A stretch of 64,000 bases of DNA from a virus. The notes under the pieces are model-generated. The model saw only the letters and a program-made list of their open reading frames with translations. It made no database searches and was not told the DNA's origin. Shown here piece after piece: positions 8,643 through 18,510 of the stretch; position 1 is the first letter of the stretch; each line of letters starts with the position of its first letter. Location of the stretch: the IMG/VR virus record IMGVR_UViG_3300029023_000077, one strand, 5' to 3'. Position numbers and translations under genes: made by a program.

Positions 8643-10781
8643 ATGAGTGATACAGAAAAGATTCTGGAGGGTATGGATGCTTCCTTGTTGGAAGTAATAA
8701 GGTCTATTGATGCAAGAACAAATAGCTACTCTACAAATGAGCAAGTTGCCTTTGCGTCGGATTTCAGAAAGCCGATGATTTCCTTCTCTAACCCAGGAAC
8801 AGGAAAGACACACAGTATTGTTCATGGTCTTATTGTTGCCCAAACTTACCATGGTATACCAGGAAGGCAGATTAATGCCATGTCGTTTACGGACGCAGCA
8901 ACTGCGGAATTAAGTATTAGATATAAGAAGGCATGTAAAAAGTGTGATATGACTCCTACAGTGCAATTTAATACATTCCATAAGATTTGCTGGAATATTG
9001 TTAGGGAGGCTTATCCTGACATGACTTTGACTGGAACTTTCATACGTGAAGAGGACTTGGAAATGTTACACGGAATTATGGAAGACAATGGTTATGTCGA
9101 AGATGATATGGCTCAGGTTAAAAGAATCTATGAGGCTATAGAGAAGTTAAATCACGCTCTAATATATGACCCGGATAATATCAGGGAATCATACACTTTC
9201 AATCAACTTGACTTGGATATGGATATATTCCAGGAGCTGCGTAAGGGGCTTTTTAGACAGAAACTGTTTGGAAGGAGCATATCAGTTGGTGATATTCCGC
9301 TGTATGCTCTTTTTGCTTTGTGCAAAAAACAGTTCATCGGCTCTAAATATAGGGGTATGTATAAAATCATGGTTGTTGATGAGTTTCAGGATATGACAAA
9401 GCTATATCTCGTTATCTTATCAATGATTAGTGACAATCTGATTGCCATTGGTGACATGAAACAGCAAATTTATGGTTACAATGGTGCGAGCCCCTACATT
9501 GCAGATTTATATAAGAAGATGTACCCGGATGCAAGAGAAGTACCGTTGACACAATCTTTCCGGTGTGGCAATGAGATTGCAGAATATGCGACCCGTATAC
9601 AGGAGCCTAATTATCCAGGTATTGTTCCATTCAAAGGAGTATCTGATGGTGCAGAGGTTATTATTAAGCCTGTATCTGAATTAAGTTTAGATGACATAGT
9701 GAAGAAAATAGCTGAGGATAACGTAAGTGCTTATACTACTGGGAAAAGATGGACTACAATGTTCTTATTTAGAAATAATTATTCCATCACACCTATCGCA
9801 GAGGCGTTGTACAAGGCTGGGGTAAAATTCCGTGTCAAGAATTTTGCCATGATTATGACAATGCCAATCTACAAAGAATTGTGCTATTATGCAGATATTG
9901 CTGAAAATCCTGAAGATATTGAGTGTCTGAAGTATATACCGTTCATCATGCCTCAGTTTGAAAAGTACAAAAAAGAGCCATGGCTCAATCCGGTGTATAA
10001 ATGTGCACAGGAGAAGCATGATAGAGGTGAGCATGTAAACTTCTTTGAACTACCAGTTAAGTATAATGAGGACAGCTTGAAGATCATTTCTGTTCTTAAA
10101 GGTGTAAATTCCCGTATGTTAGAGGGTTGTAAAGCAGACACTGTTTTCTCATTGCTTGAGCCCCTATATGATGAATATGTTATTAAGGGCAAATGGTATA
10201 CACTTCAAAAGCCTGTAGAATATTATACAGGCATGGTGCAGCCTATTGCAGAAAAGAAGACATATTCTGTTTTAAAATCTGAGGAAAGAGCAAAGCTTGC
10301 TTTTACAAATGATGCAATAAAATTGAATATGGGTGTTCGGTGTTATACTATGCACTCTGCTAAGGGTTTGGAGGCAGATGAAGTATTTATCATTGATGCT
10401 GATGATGGTACATTGCCTGCAACTAAGCGTGTAAATAAAATGGTAAGGTCAGGTTGTGCATTCGAAGCGGCAAAGACTGTGAGAGAAGACAGGAACCTAC
10501 TTTATGTCGCAATTACGAGGGCAAAGTCAAAAGTAACGATTACCTACAATGGGCAGATTACGCCATTACTTGGTAGTCCAATGTACAATGAGTTCTCTGA
10601 GTTGGATGAGGTATACACACAGGCACGTCAGGACTATGACGACATGAAATATTTTAAACAAATTACAAATATTCATGAACGCATAGAAAGATTAGATACT
10701 CCCGAGACATATATAAGTGAGGATGCAATTGGAGATTCAGATATTGGCGATAACTTTGGCAAAGGATTGGAGATGATTTAG
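8643..10781 (+). CDS. UvrD/PcrA/Rep-family SF1 DNA helicase
   Basis: Motif I NPGTGKTH, motif II VVDEFQDMT, FRCGNEI, motif V HSAKGLEADEV, motif VI LLYVAITRAKSKV; start ATG 8643 after RBS GGAGAGGAGAGG. Confidence 0.85.
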   Translation: MSDTEKILEGMDASLLEVIRSIDARTNSYSTNEQVAFASDFRKPMISFSNPGTGKTHSIVHGLIVAQTYHGIPGRQINAMSFTDAATAELSIRYKKACKKCDMTPTVQFNTFHKICWNIVREAYPDMTLTGTFIREEDLEMLHGIMEDNGYVEDDMAQVKRIYEAIEKLNHALIYDPDNIRESYTFNQLDLDMDIFQELRKGLFRQKLFGRSISVGDIPLYALFALCKKQFIGSKYRGMYKIMVVDEFQDMTKLYLVILSMISDNLIAIGDMKQQIYGYNGASPYIADLYKKMYPDAREVPLTQSFRCGNEIAEYATRIQEPNYPGIVPFKGVSDGAEVIIKPVSELSLDDIVKKIAEDNVSAYTTGKRWTTMFLFRNNYSITPIAEALYKAGVKFRVKNFAMIMTMPIYKELCYYADIAENPEDIECLKYIPFIMPQFEKYKKEPWLNPVYKCAQEKHDRGEHVNFFELPVKYNEDSLKIISVLKGVNSRMLEGCKADTVFSLLEPLYDEYVIKGKWYTLQKPVEYYTGMVQPIAEKKTYSVLKSEERAKLAFTNDAIKLNMGVRCYTMHSAKGLEADEVFIIDADDGTLPATKRVNKMVRSGCAFEAAKTVREDRNLLYVAITRAKSKVTITYNGQITPLLGSPMYNEFSELDEVYTQARQDYDDMKYFKQITNIHERIERLDTPETYISEDAIGDSDIGDNFGKGLEMI

Positions 10782-10782
10782 T

Positions 10783-11322
10783 TTGAGTGAAATTAGGACT
10801 ATTGCTGAGATAGAAAAAGACAATGAAAAGCTGTCTAAGATGTACGCTCAGAAGGTGGAAAAGAGTGCACGTTACACACATACTGTCATGGAAGATGAAG
10901 GTTGGATAATAGATCCTGAAGTTGCAAAACAGGTTCTAAAATCCATAAAGCCAGAATATTCGCAGATTGAATGTAAACGCTATTATTTTATCAATGATAA
11001 GTATGATGCCGCTATTGTTGGTGTGGACTCAAAGAATATTGGATTATTTACGGCTGATATACCAAAAGAGGTGGCAGTTGCAGTAGACGATCCATACACC
11101 TTAAAGGAAACTTTGAAAACTTTTGAGACAGCGAGCAGCAGTATCAAACGCATCAGGATTATTGGTAATACTGTGCTGATTATTATATTTGCTGCTATCA
11201 CGTCAGCTGTTTTTCTTTTCGTCGGTCGTACCAAAATTGCGCTGTATGCACTGATTGGATCGGCAGTTGCTGGACTGATTGTATCTTTAATAAATGTAGG
11301 AGGTTCTAAAGATGGGGTTTAG
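10783..11322 (+). CDS. hypothetical protein with C-terminal transmembrane helices
   Basis: 179-aa ORF (TTG start); hydrophobic C-terminus VLIIIFAAITSAVFLFV. Confidence 0.45.
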   Translation: MSEIRTIAEIEKDNEKLSKMYAQKVEKSARYTHTVMEDEGWIIDPEVAKQVLKSIKPEYSQIECKRYYFINDKYDAAIVGVDSKNIGLFTADIPKEVAVAVDDPYTLKETLKTFETASSSIKRIRIIGNTVLIIIFAAITSAVFLFVGRTKIALYALIGSAVAGLIVSLINVGGSKDGV

Positions 11323-11899
11323 AGTTTGCAATCTCGTAAACTTTTTACCAGCGTGTGTGAAAGATGGGAAACTTTATTGCGATGGGATGTTAGACAGGCC
11401 TATCCAATTACCAAAGGGTATTCCAGACTTTCCATTGCAGCTGAATCAGGTGAGCAAGCCAGGCATTGCGTGCTATCTTAAAAATGGTGATGGCATGGAA
11501 TTAGTACTTAGGTTCACGAAAGATGGCTGCTTAGTGCAGAATAAATATTTGCGCAGTAGCTTCATACTGGATGACTGGCCAGTTTTGTCATTGTACTCCG
11601 CAAATGTTGTAGCATTCGCTACTCATGCAGACGGTAGTGCCAGACCAGTCAGGCATTTAAAACTGAAACAGGGTGTTGATATCATTTCGTGCAGCGCCAT
11701 GCCGGTGACGGTACTTATGGATGATTATGAAAATTCTTTCTTAAATGCTTGTAACAAGAAAGGTGTGTTGACGGTTGTTTATCTAAGGCGTAAGGATAAC
11801 TATCTTGTTTATAAAGATACTGAAAGACTGTTAGAAGGTGTTCAATATCATGCGTCAGGTATGTGTACAATAGGAGGTTACGGTTATGTCAAAGACTGA
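11312..11899 (+). CDS. hypothetical protein
   Basis: 195-aa ORF. Confidence 0.5.
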   Translation: MGFRVCNLVNFLPACVKDGKLYCDGMLDRPIQLPKGIPDFPLQLNQVSKPGIACYLKNGDGMELVLRFTKDGCLVQNKYLRSSFILDDWPVLSLYSANVVAFATHADGSARPVRHLKLKQGVDIISCSAMPVTVLMDDYENSFLNACNKKGVLTVVYLRRKDNYLVYKDTERLLEGVQYHASGMCTIGGYGYVKD

Positions 11900-12482
11900 A
11901 TGCGTTTTAAAGATAAGTAATCATGCCGAGCCATTCTATACAACATTTGATACAGAGACTGGGTTTATGCGTGAACATTATGAGTGGATTGAATCGGTCT
12001 ATAATGTGATGAATGTTAAGGAGTTTGATTGTAGACCACATTTGCTAAAGAGCAAGGACATTCTCTATGAAGTGATACTAACCATAGTGAATGCTAGGCT
12101 TGTCATGACTTATTACGATGATGAATTGCTTGTAATAACTGATAGTAGTTGGTATTTTTGTAATGAGAATGGGCAAATGATTGGAACGCCACACTATATT
12201 CATAAATCATTAATTAAGGTTCCAGTTACGGATGTTGGGCGGGCGTTAACTTTATGTTATTCGTTTGATATTTTTCACCCAGCATCAAAATTGGCAACAT
12301 TTATTTGGAATGGTTTAACATATGTAATGACACGTCATGGTGCTAAGCTTGTGTCTGATGATATTCTACAGGCAGATGAAACTGTTCATATTACACCAGC
12401 AATGATCCTAGATTCTGGGGTTGATGCTTATGGTGCATATTCCGTTAATGGTGAAATCCATTATATCAAGAAAGAGGGTTAA
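11886..12482 (+). CDS. hypothetical protein
   Basis: 198-aa ORF. Confidence 0.5.
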   Translation: MSKTECVLKISNHAEPFYTTFDTETGFMREHYEWIESVYNVMNVKEFDCRPHLLKSKDILYEVILTIVNARLVMTYYDDELLVITDSSWYFCNENGQMIGTPHYIHKSLIKVPVTDVGRALTLCYSFDIFHPASKLATFIWNGLTYVMTRHGAKLVSDDILQADETVHITPAMILDSGVDAYGAYSVNGEIHYIKKEG

Positions 12483-12485
12483 AAT

Positions 12486-12689
12486 ATGGTTATTAATATT
12501 AGTCAGATTATAAAATTTGCGTTGATTTTAGTTGCACTTTTTGTTGTGGGCTACATCTTTGTTGTAGGCTTTAAGGGGAACTCTGAGGAGCATGGTGTTA
12601 CCTCAGAAAAATCGTCAAAGAAAGAGTCAAAGAAAGCATCAGGTGCATCAACTTCCACTGCTAGCGAGACAACAGAGAAGAAAGGTTAA
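12486..12689 (+). CDS. small membrane protein
   Basis: 67 aa, one TM helix then S/T/K-rich tail. Confidence 0.45.
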   Translation: MVINISQIIKFALILVALFVVGYIFVVGFKGNSEEHGVTSEKSSKKESKKASGASTSTASETTEKKG

Positions 12690-12694
12690 TCAAT

Positions 12695-13066
12695 ATGTTT
12701 GGTGTTAAAACTAAGTCAGACGGTCTGTCTAGGGCAGACATTTCAAGACTAGATGAAATCGACTTAGCATATATGAGAGCCTACACCTTAAAAACAATTG
12801 ACGGTCTGAGGGGGATGCTTGCACCAGCTTGTCTAGATAAAGTAGGCTGGCTGGTGCATAGTTTTAATACTAAGTATTTTGCAGACGATAAATTTCGGCA
12901 TACTGACTGGACAGTGATGAATATATCAGGTAATATATACACTCTGAAGAAGCAAGTGACATTTGATAAAATCCGTATAAATGCTGCAAGTAATTATTCA
13001 GAAAGATGGATCATCAGTAAGAAAAATGGTCTTATTGTAATGGATATTGAAGCATGGAATTCTTAG
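12695..13066 (+). CDS. hypothetical protein
   Basis: 123-aa ORF. Confidence 0.5.
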   Translation: MFGVKTKSDGLSRADISRLDEIDLAYMRAYTLKTIDGLRGMLAPACLDKVGWLVHSFNTKYFADDKFRHTDWTVMNISGNIYTLKKQVTFDKIRINAASNYSERWIISKKNGLIVMDIEAWNS

Positions 13067-13677
13067 ACGACAGGAGTACGATTCTGAATTTAGAGAAGTC
13101 TCTAAATTATACAGATATACGTATAGAAAATACTGGAAATTATTTTAAATGTCATAAATGCCCAGTTGATAGAATTGGAGCTAATTTAATGCTTGATTGT
13201 ATTGAAATTGAGTATGAAGGAGAGCTTGGGCTAATGTATGGTGGATTCCAAGATCTATTCACGTCTGCCGTTGTAGCTGGTCCAATTACACAACTGTGTA
13301 GTAGATTTACAATTGTTGTTAGTTTGCCTGACGATAATTATGACTCGACAGAGTTGCAGAAAAATGCTGAAATTGTACAACATATAAATGAGAGGTGTCT
13401 ATTTAAATTAGACATACGAAGGTTTCGGGAATGTATGTGCTATGAAAATATCAGGAATGTTTTCATACCTAACGCCCCGAAGCCTGTTTTATTTAATAAG
13501 TTGTATTTTGAAGATGTCTATAGGCTCCGGTTTGACTATGAAATACCACTTAAGGAAATAGATGTGATCATTGCACAGAAGGGCTGGAGTGCGACAAGGG
13601 CGTCTAAATGCTTGTATGACAGGCATTGGTTAAGTACGTATGATTGTGGTGTGATTCTAAAACCTGATGTTAGTTAA
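13054..13677 (+). CDS. hypothetical protein
   Basis: 207-aa ORF. Confidence 0.5.
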   Translation: MEFLDDRSTILNLEKSLNYTDIRIENTGNYFKCHKCPVDRIGANLMLDCIEIEYEGELGLMYGGFQDLFTSAVVAGPITQLCSRFTIVVSLPDDNYDSTELQKNAEIVQHINERCLFKLDIRRFRECMCYENIRNVFIPNAPKPVLFNKLYFEDVYRLRFDYEIPLKEIDVIIAQKGWSATRASKCLYDRHWLSTYDCGVILKPDVS

Positions 13678-13699
13678 TGTTATGTAGGAGGCATTATGT

Positions 13700-14197
13700 A
13701 TGGATTTGAAAGCTAAAAGTAGGGAGATTTCGGAAAGTCTTGTAAAGCTCAAAGAAGAACTTCATCAGACAAAAGAAACTATTCAGCAAGAGATGGAAAT
13801 GAACCTGCATGAGTTAAAGGACGCATCCAGTAAAGGTGACCGTTCTGAGAATGCAGCATTTACAGCAGCAACAGAGAAAGCGCAGGATCTTACTATCCAG
13901 CTTGCTAATGTTGAAAAACTGTTAAATGACATTGAGAATATGAAGAAGGAAGAGAAGTACCGAAACATTGGTATGGTTGTTTACTATACAACTGTATTAC
14001 TTTATGTTCCGGCTAAGAATAGGAGATTTGTATTGAAGTTGTACCCTAATGGTGTATCTGATATTGGCAAAGGCATTCTTGCACGTAACTGTGCAGTTGG
14101 TAAAGCTATATGGCAGAAACATAAAGGTGATGAGGTTTTTGTTATTGATAAGTGTACAGGCGAAGACCTGAAATATATTATTGAGGACTTTTATTAA
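13700..14197 (+). CDS. GreA/GreB-like transcript cleavage factor
   Basis: GDRSENAAFTAATE matches GreA tip GDLKENAEYHAARE (catalytic D/E kept); C-terminal SDIGKGILARNCAVGK...GDEVFVIDKCTGED matches the GreA FKBP-like domain. Confidence 0.6.
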   Translation: MDLKAKSREISESLVKLKEELHQTKETIQQEMEMNLHELKDASSKGDRSENAAFTAATEKAQDLTIQLANVEKLLNDIENMKKEEKYRNIGMVVYYTTVLLYVPAKNRRFVLKLYPNGVSDIGKGILARNCAVGKAIWQKHKGDEVFVIDKCTGEDLKYIIEDFY

Positions 14198-14217
14198 GAA
14201 AGAGAGGAATTCTAAAA

Positions 14218-16260
14218 ATGATTGAATGTACGAAAGCGATTGATGGGTTAGTAAGTGCAGCTTTTGGGAAGAATATGGTGACTATCTCTGATTTGAAGAA
14301 GATGATGGACAGATTTGCACTTGATCCTAAGGTATCAGAAGTAGCCAGAGAAGCATTCATTGTCAGTGATGTTGACCTGAACAGACGCATGCTCAAGGAG
14401 TTTGAAAAGAAAGCAGCGGCTAAGCATGAAGAGGTTGTCATTATTTTTGTAGCAAAGAAAGGTCCTGCACCATTCAAAGAAATGGCAGGTGTTAATGCTA
14501 TTTTAGAAAAACCGACACCAGAAGATTTGAGTAAAACAACATTCGGTATTATCGAGAGCATTACACAGAAGAATGGCGTTGTACCTATTACTGGTGTAAC
14601 AGATAGCGCAAAAGATTTTGTGAGACAGGAAGAACCAGTTGATCTTGATGTACTTACAGATGAATTTGGTAACCCACTGGAATTTGACCTTAACCGGGTC
14701 GTTGAGGACGAGAAGCCACAGGAAGATACAGCACCGATTGACGTTCCTGTTCCTACTTTGGAGGAGCAGCCAGTTCAGGAAGAGCCGCCAGTCCAGTTTG
14801 ATAAGCCTGAGGATCTTGTTGACCGTATCAAGATGTGCGATAAAGTTAAGGACATTAATATCTTGACACGTGAGCTGACAGCTACAGCTGTCATTAAGGA
14901 GATGATCAAGTCTTCAGCAGACTACACAGGAATTGAAGAACGTTTGAAAGGGCTTAATGAGAAGATTCAAGCAGTATATCTTGATACAACAATTCCTGAG
15001 CAGGATAAGTTGGATAAGGTTCGTGCTCTACTCTATGATAAAGGTTATTACAGAACAAAGACTAACACTATTATTGAGCAGCGTGTAGAAGAGCTTATCA
15101 AGACTATTACTGACCGGACAAGAGAATGCTTGGATAAGCGATGCCAGGAATTAGAGAGGGCAATCGTTAATTATTCATCAGGAGTAAAAGCTCCTTTGGA
15201 TACTGCCAGGGTGTCTAGCCTGATTGATGATCGTGCAAACATTCTTCTGGAAATTACAGCTTTGCGTGAAGAAGTGCAGAATATCTATCTTAAGGTAAAC
15301 AAGTTTGCAGGTGATGCTACTGCTAATATTCTTGAAGACAGTGTGGTTCGCACAGGAAGCCCATTAATTGATGCTCGTTTAAGGTTAGCTGGAGATACTA
15401 CAGTACCTGAGCAGACAACAGAAATCATTGAGAAGATTTTAGAACTGTCAAGTACTAAGTCTGAGGAGTTTAAGGAAGCAAATAGAAAATTAATCATTCT
15501 TACACAGAAGTTGCAGACTGTTATGAATTTAGACAAAGATTTGATTGACGCCCTTACGCAGGCTGTTGAGCTTCTGCAGAGTAACAATATTGAGGATCGT
15601 ATCGTACAGGAGACACTGCTAAAGAAGTCACTTAGGTTCTTTGTGGCAAAAGAAGGCAGTGGAAGGACTGTTATCCCATACATTTGCTCTAAGTTGAAGT
15701 CCAGGACAAACTGTAATGTGCTTTATGTGGATATCGCAGGTGATTCTAAGCTCGCAGATTATACAGAGAGTTACATGAGTCTGGATGATTGGTTAGGTAA
15801 TCAGTATCAGGAGCAGTTCTGTGCAGTAGTTGGTACAATCTCAAATACGCCAGAGGCAGCACAGCGTTTGCTTGTTGCCTTAACAAAGGCAGCTGACTAC
15901 TATCGTGTAATTAATGTTGTAATGAGTCCTGAACAGAAAGAGATTTTTGACATTCTTGTTCCAGATACGGTATGTGTTAATTATATCGTTGACCCTACAT
16001 CACAGTCACTTGATTTCTTTAAGGGCTATATCAAGGAGACTAAATGTGAAAATGTGGCTCAGCGTGTAATTATTAACAAGTGTATCCCTAGTACGACTAG
16101 TATGATTCTTGAGAAGCTGGATCTTATCATGAATGGAGACGTACATGTCGTTACAGTACCGTATGAGCCTCTGATTACGGAATGTAGTCTGCGTGGTGTT
16201 AAGCCATATGAGTTGCAGGTCGTTACAGAAGCATTCAGAGAGGTGTGCAAAGTATGCTAA
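14218..16260 (+). CDS. large hypothetical protein with acidic, proline-rich linker
   Basis: 680-aa ORF; EEQPVQEEPPVQ low-complexity segment; RBS AAGAAAGAGAGG. Confidence 0.55.
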   Translation: MIECTKAIDGLVSAAFGKNMVTISDLKKMMDRFALDPKVSEVAREAFIVSDVDLNRRMLKEFEKKAAAKHEEVVIIFVAKKGPAPFKEMAGVNAILEKPTPEDLSKTTFGIIESITQKNGVVPITGVTDSAKDFVRQEEPVDLDVLTDEFGNPLEFDLNRVVEDEKPQEDTAPIDVPVPTLEEQPVQEEPPVQFDKPEDLVDRIKMCDKVKDINILTRELTATAVIKEMIKSSADYTGIEERLKGLNEKIQAVYLDTTIPEQDKLDKVRALLYDKGYYRTKTNTIIEQRVEELIKTITDRTRECLDKRCQELERAIVNYSSGVKAPLDTARVSSLIDDRANILLEITALREEVQNIYLKVNKFAGDATANILEDSVVRTGSPLIDARLRLAGDTTVPEQTTEIIEKILELSSTKSEEFKEANRKLIILTQKLQTVMNLDKDLIDALTQAVELLQSNNIEDRIVQETLLKKSLRFFVAKEGSGRTVIPYICSKLKSRTNCNVLYVDIAGDSKLADYTESYMSLDDWLGNQYQEQFCAVVGTISNTPEAAQRLLVALTKAADYYRVINVVMSPEQKEIFDILVPDTVCVNYIVDPTSQSLDFFKGYIKETKCENVAQRVIINKCIPSTTSMILEKLDLIMNGDVHVVTVPYEPLITECSLRGVKPYELQVVTEAFREVCKVC

Positions 16261-17648
16261 ATCTTGATGGTTATTTGGATTGTAATAAAGTCCTAGACAT
16301 CAATAGGTATACGAGTCTTAGATTTGCAGATTCACGTGTATTTAAAACGCCAGAGGCATTGTCTTTATATGAGCAGAATTACATGCTTGCATCGGATATT
16401 AAAAAATTGTGTGAGAAAGAATATGGTCTTGAGCTGTTTGAGCCAAGACCATCTTTTATACCAGATGATATCATAAATCATTACAACGGTTCAGGTTATG
16501 TACCTATAAAGTATGAACCTATGAAGAATATCTTGTTGTTGATGTATCTGCCTGAAGTAAAAACATTAGAAAGTCATTACCCTAATGTGCATATTGAGAC
16601 TAAGCCAACAACCATATATTACTATATGAAATATTATCAGAAGTATTATGGTGTTCACAGATCTCTGCGGGATATTCCAGCTAAGATGTTATTTGATTTT
16701 GTTGTAAAAGAAGCTATTGAGAAAGATGCTGCAGATATTACGATTTCAAATACTGGTAAAGCCACAGTTGTATATTACAATATACGCAAGCGGAAGGTAT
16801 GGTCAAACTATTGCTTTAGCCAAGAAATCATGGGTGACATTATAAAGTTTATCACTATAAGCTCACCATTAGACAGAGGGTCTCGTAAAGCTAAGGCTTT
16901 AGATATCGATTTAAATGAAAATTACCGTGGCAGAGTCATGATAAATCAATCATTTAAAGGCATGACTATTACAATTCGTGTTTTACCAAACGCAGCATTC
17001 TCTACTGATATAACAGAGTTAAATTTGACAAAAGAAGCCGAAGAGTGGATGTTGGATAATATTCTTGATATGGAGAAAGGGCTTCGCTTGATTGTAGGTG
17101 AGACAATGTCCGGGAAAAATACAGATGCTTTGTCCCTGTTACAGCGATTAGTAGAGACAGACAGGTATAAGATAGTGTCCGTAGAGATACCAGTGGAGCA
17201 AGAATTGCCTGGTGTTGAACAAATTAATTGTGATACGCCGGACGATTACTCAAACAACATAAAATCTTTAATCAGAGTGAATCCAGACTTTGTTTACATT
17301 ACAGAGATGCAGGATGCTACTGCATTAGACACTATTAAGATAACTAACACAGGTAAATGTGTTTTATCAACAGTACATGCAAACTCTGTCGGGGATACTA
17401 TCGTGAGGCTGATGGATATGACAGGTTTGCCTCAGGATAGAATTGTACAAACTTTGCATTCTGTAGTGTATCAGGAACTCGTAAGAGATGACTCTAAGGA
17501 TTTTGTATATCCAAGATGCCGGTATGTTCGTTTCACGCCTGAGTTGAAGTACCAGCTTTATGGGAAACCACTAGGTGTGATGTTAAAGATTATTCAGGAT
17601 TATGAGGAGGGGGATGTATGGACATCTATTCAGCATTTGGCACAATAG
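16245..17648 (+). CDS. GspE/PilT/VirB11-family traffic ATPase
   Basis: Walker A GETMSGKNT; Asp/His boxes RVNPDFVYITEMQDATA ... TGKCVLSTVHANSVGDTIVRLMDM as in PilT/VirB11. Confidence 0.65.
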   Translation: MQSMLNLDGYLDCNKVLDINRYTSLRFADSRVFKTPEALSLYEQNYMLASDIKKLCEKEYGLELFEPRPSFIPDDIINHYNGSGYVPIKYEPMKNILLLMYLPEVKTLESHYPNVHIETKPTTIYYYMKYYQKYYGVHRSLRDIPAKMLFDFVVKEAIEKDAADITISNTGKATVVYYNIRKRKVWSNYCFSQEIMGDIIKFITISSPLDRGSRKAKALDIDLNENYRGRVMINQSFKGMTITIRVLPNAAFSTDITELNLTKEAEEWMLDNILDMEKGLRLIVGETMSGKNTDALSLLQRLVETDRYKIVSVEIPVEQELPGVEQINCDTPDDYSNNIKSLIRVNPDFVYITEMQDATALDTIKITNTGKCVLSTVHANSVGDTIVRLMDMTGLPQDRIVQTLHSVVYQELVRDDSKDFVYPRCRYVRFTPELKYQLYGKPLGVMLKIIQDYEEGDVWTSIQHLAQ

Positions 17649-17887
17649 ACAGATCTGTTTTACAGGTTGTTAAGTCATTAATATCATTGGAGCCAGTAAA
17701 AGAGGAAGAGCAAGTAGATATGATCCGTGTTACCGAAAGTCCTCTTGTCCTTACAAAAGACATTATGGTGACAGGAAAAGTTGTGACAGCGCACAACCTG
17801 CACCAGTATAAGAACAATTTCTATAAGTTAAAAGTGACTGAGAATATTGAATGTCTGCTTGATGACTTATTAGAAATTGATGAGTAA
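17618..17887 (+). CDS. hypothetical protein
   Basis: 89-aa ORF. Confidence 0.35.
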   Translation: MDIYSAFGTIDRSVLQVVKSLISLEPVKEEEQVDMIRVTESPLVLTKDIMVTGKVVTAHNLHQYKNNFYKLKVTENIECLLDDLLEIDE

Positions 17888-18497
17888 TGGAGGTTGTATG
17901 TTAGAATTTGTTGCAATTGACTCACATAACCAGGTAGTGAACTTTACTCTTGAAGACTGTCCGGTCTTTCTAAATGAACGTCAGGTGATTTTAGCAAAGA
18001 CCGAAGGGTCTAACTTGATATATGCACACACAATAGTTAGACGTGATAAAACTGAGCGTGTAATGGAAGGAGATAAAGTTTTTATAGATAACCAGTTTGT
18101 AGGTATCGTTATCTATAATCAGGGGTTTTGCTTGCAAAAAAGTGATGGTACTTTAGAAAAATTTAAGAGATCCAGACATATATCAGTAAGAGTTGGTAAT
18201 TACTCTTCGATGCAAGAAGCTGTGCAAAGTTCAAATAGGCAGCCTATTATGTTTCGTTACAAAGAACGGACTTTCTCTATGAAAGCCCTGTTGTGTTATA
18301 ACAATGGTTTCGTAGTTGTCCATACATCAAATGACCACTATAAGAAAGTGTTGGCAAGTGATATCAGCTTAATGACAGGTGTAGGCAAATACTGTTTTGG
18401 CGATTTGACGGATGAAGGTGGCAGAATAGTCCTAAATCACTTACAGCCATGTGTTATGCTCAACAATAAAATCACAGAAATCAGCGAAGTAAATTAG
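17877..18497 (+). CDS. hypothetical protein
   Basis: 206-aa ORF. Confidence 0.45.
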   Translation: MMSNGGCMLEFVAIDSHNQVVNFTLEDCPVFLNERQVILAKTEGSNLIYAHTIVRRDKTERVMEGDKVFIDNQFVGIVIYNQGFCLQKSDGTLEKFKRSRHISVRVGNYSSMQEAVQSSNRQPIMFRYKERTFSMKALLCYNNGFVVVHTSNDHYKKVLASDISLMTGVGKYCFGDLTDEGGRIVLNHLQPCVMLNNKITEISEVN

Positions 18498-18510
18498 GAG
18501 GAAAGAAGAA

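Noticed and set aside
14178-14561. Minus-strand ORFs of 60-130 aa scattered through the window (e.g. 14178-14561, 15285-15683, 40729-41055, 62552-62923)
   Set aside because: All lie antisense inside longer plus-strand genes that have RBSs and recognisable domains. These are shadow ORFs.
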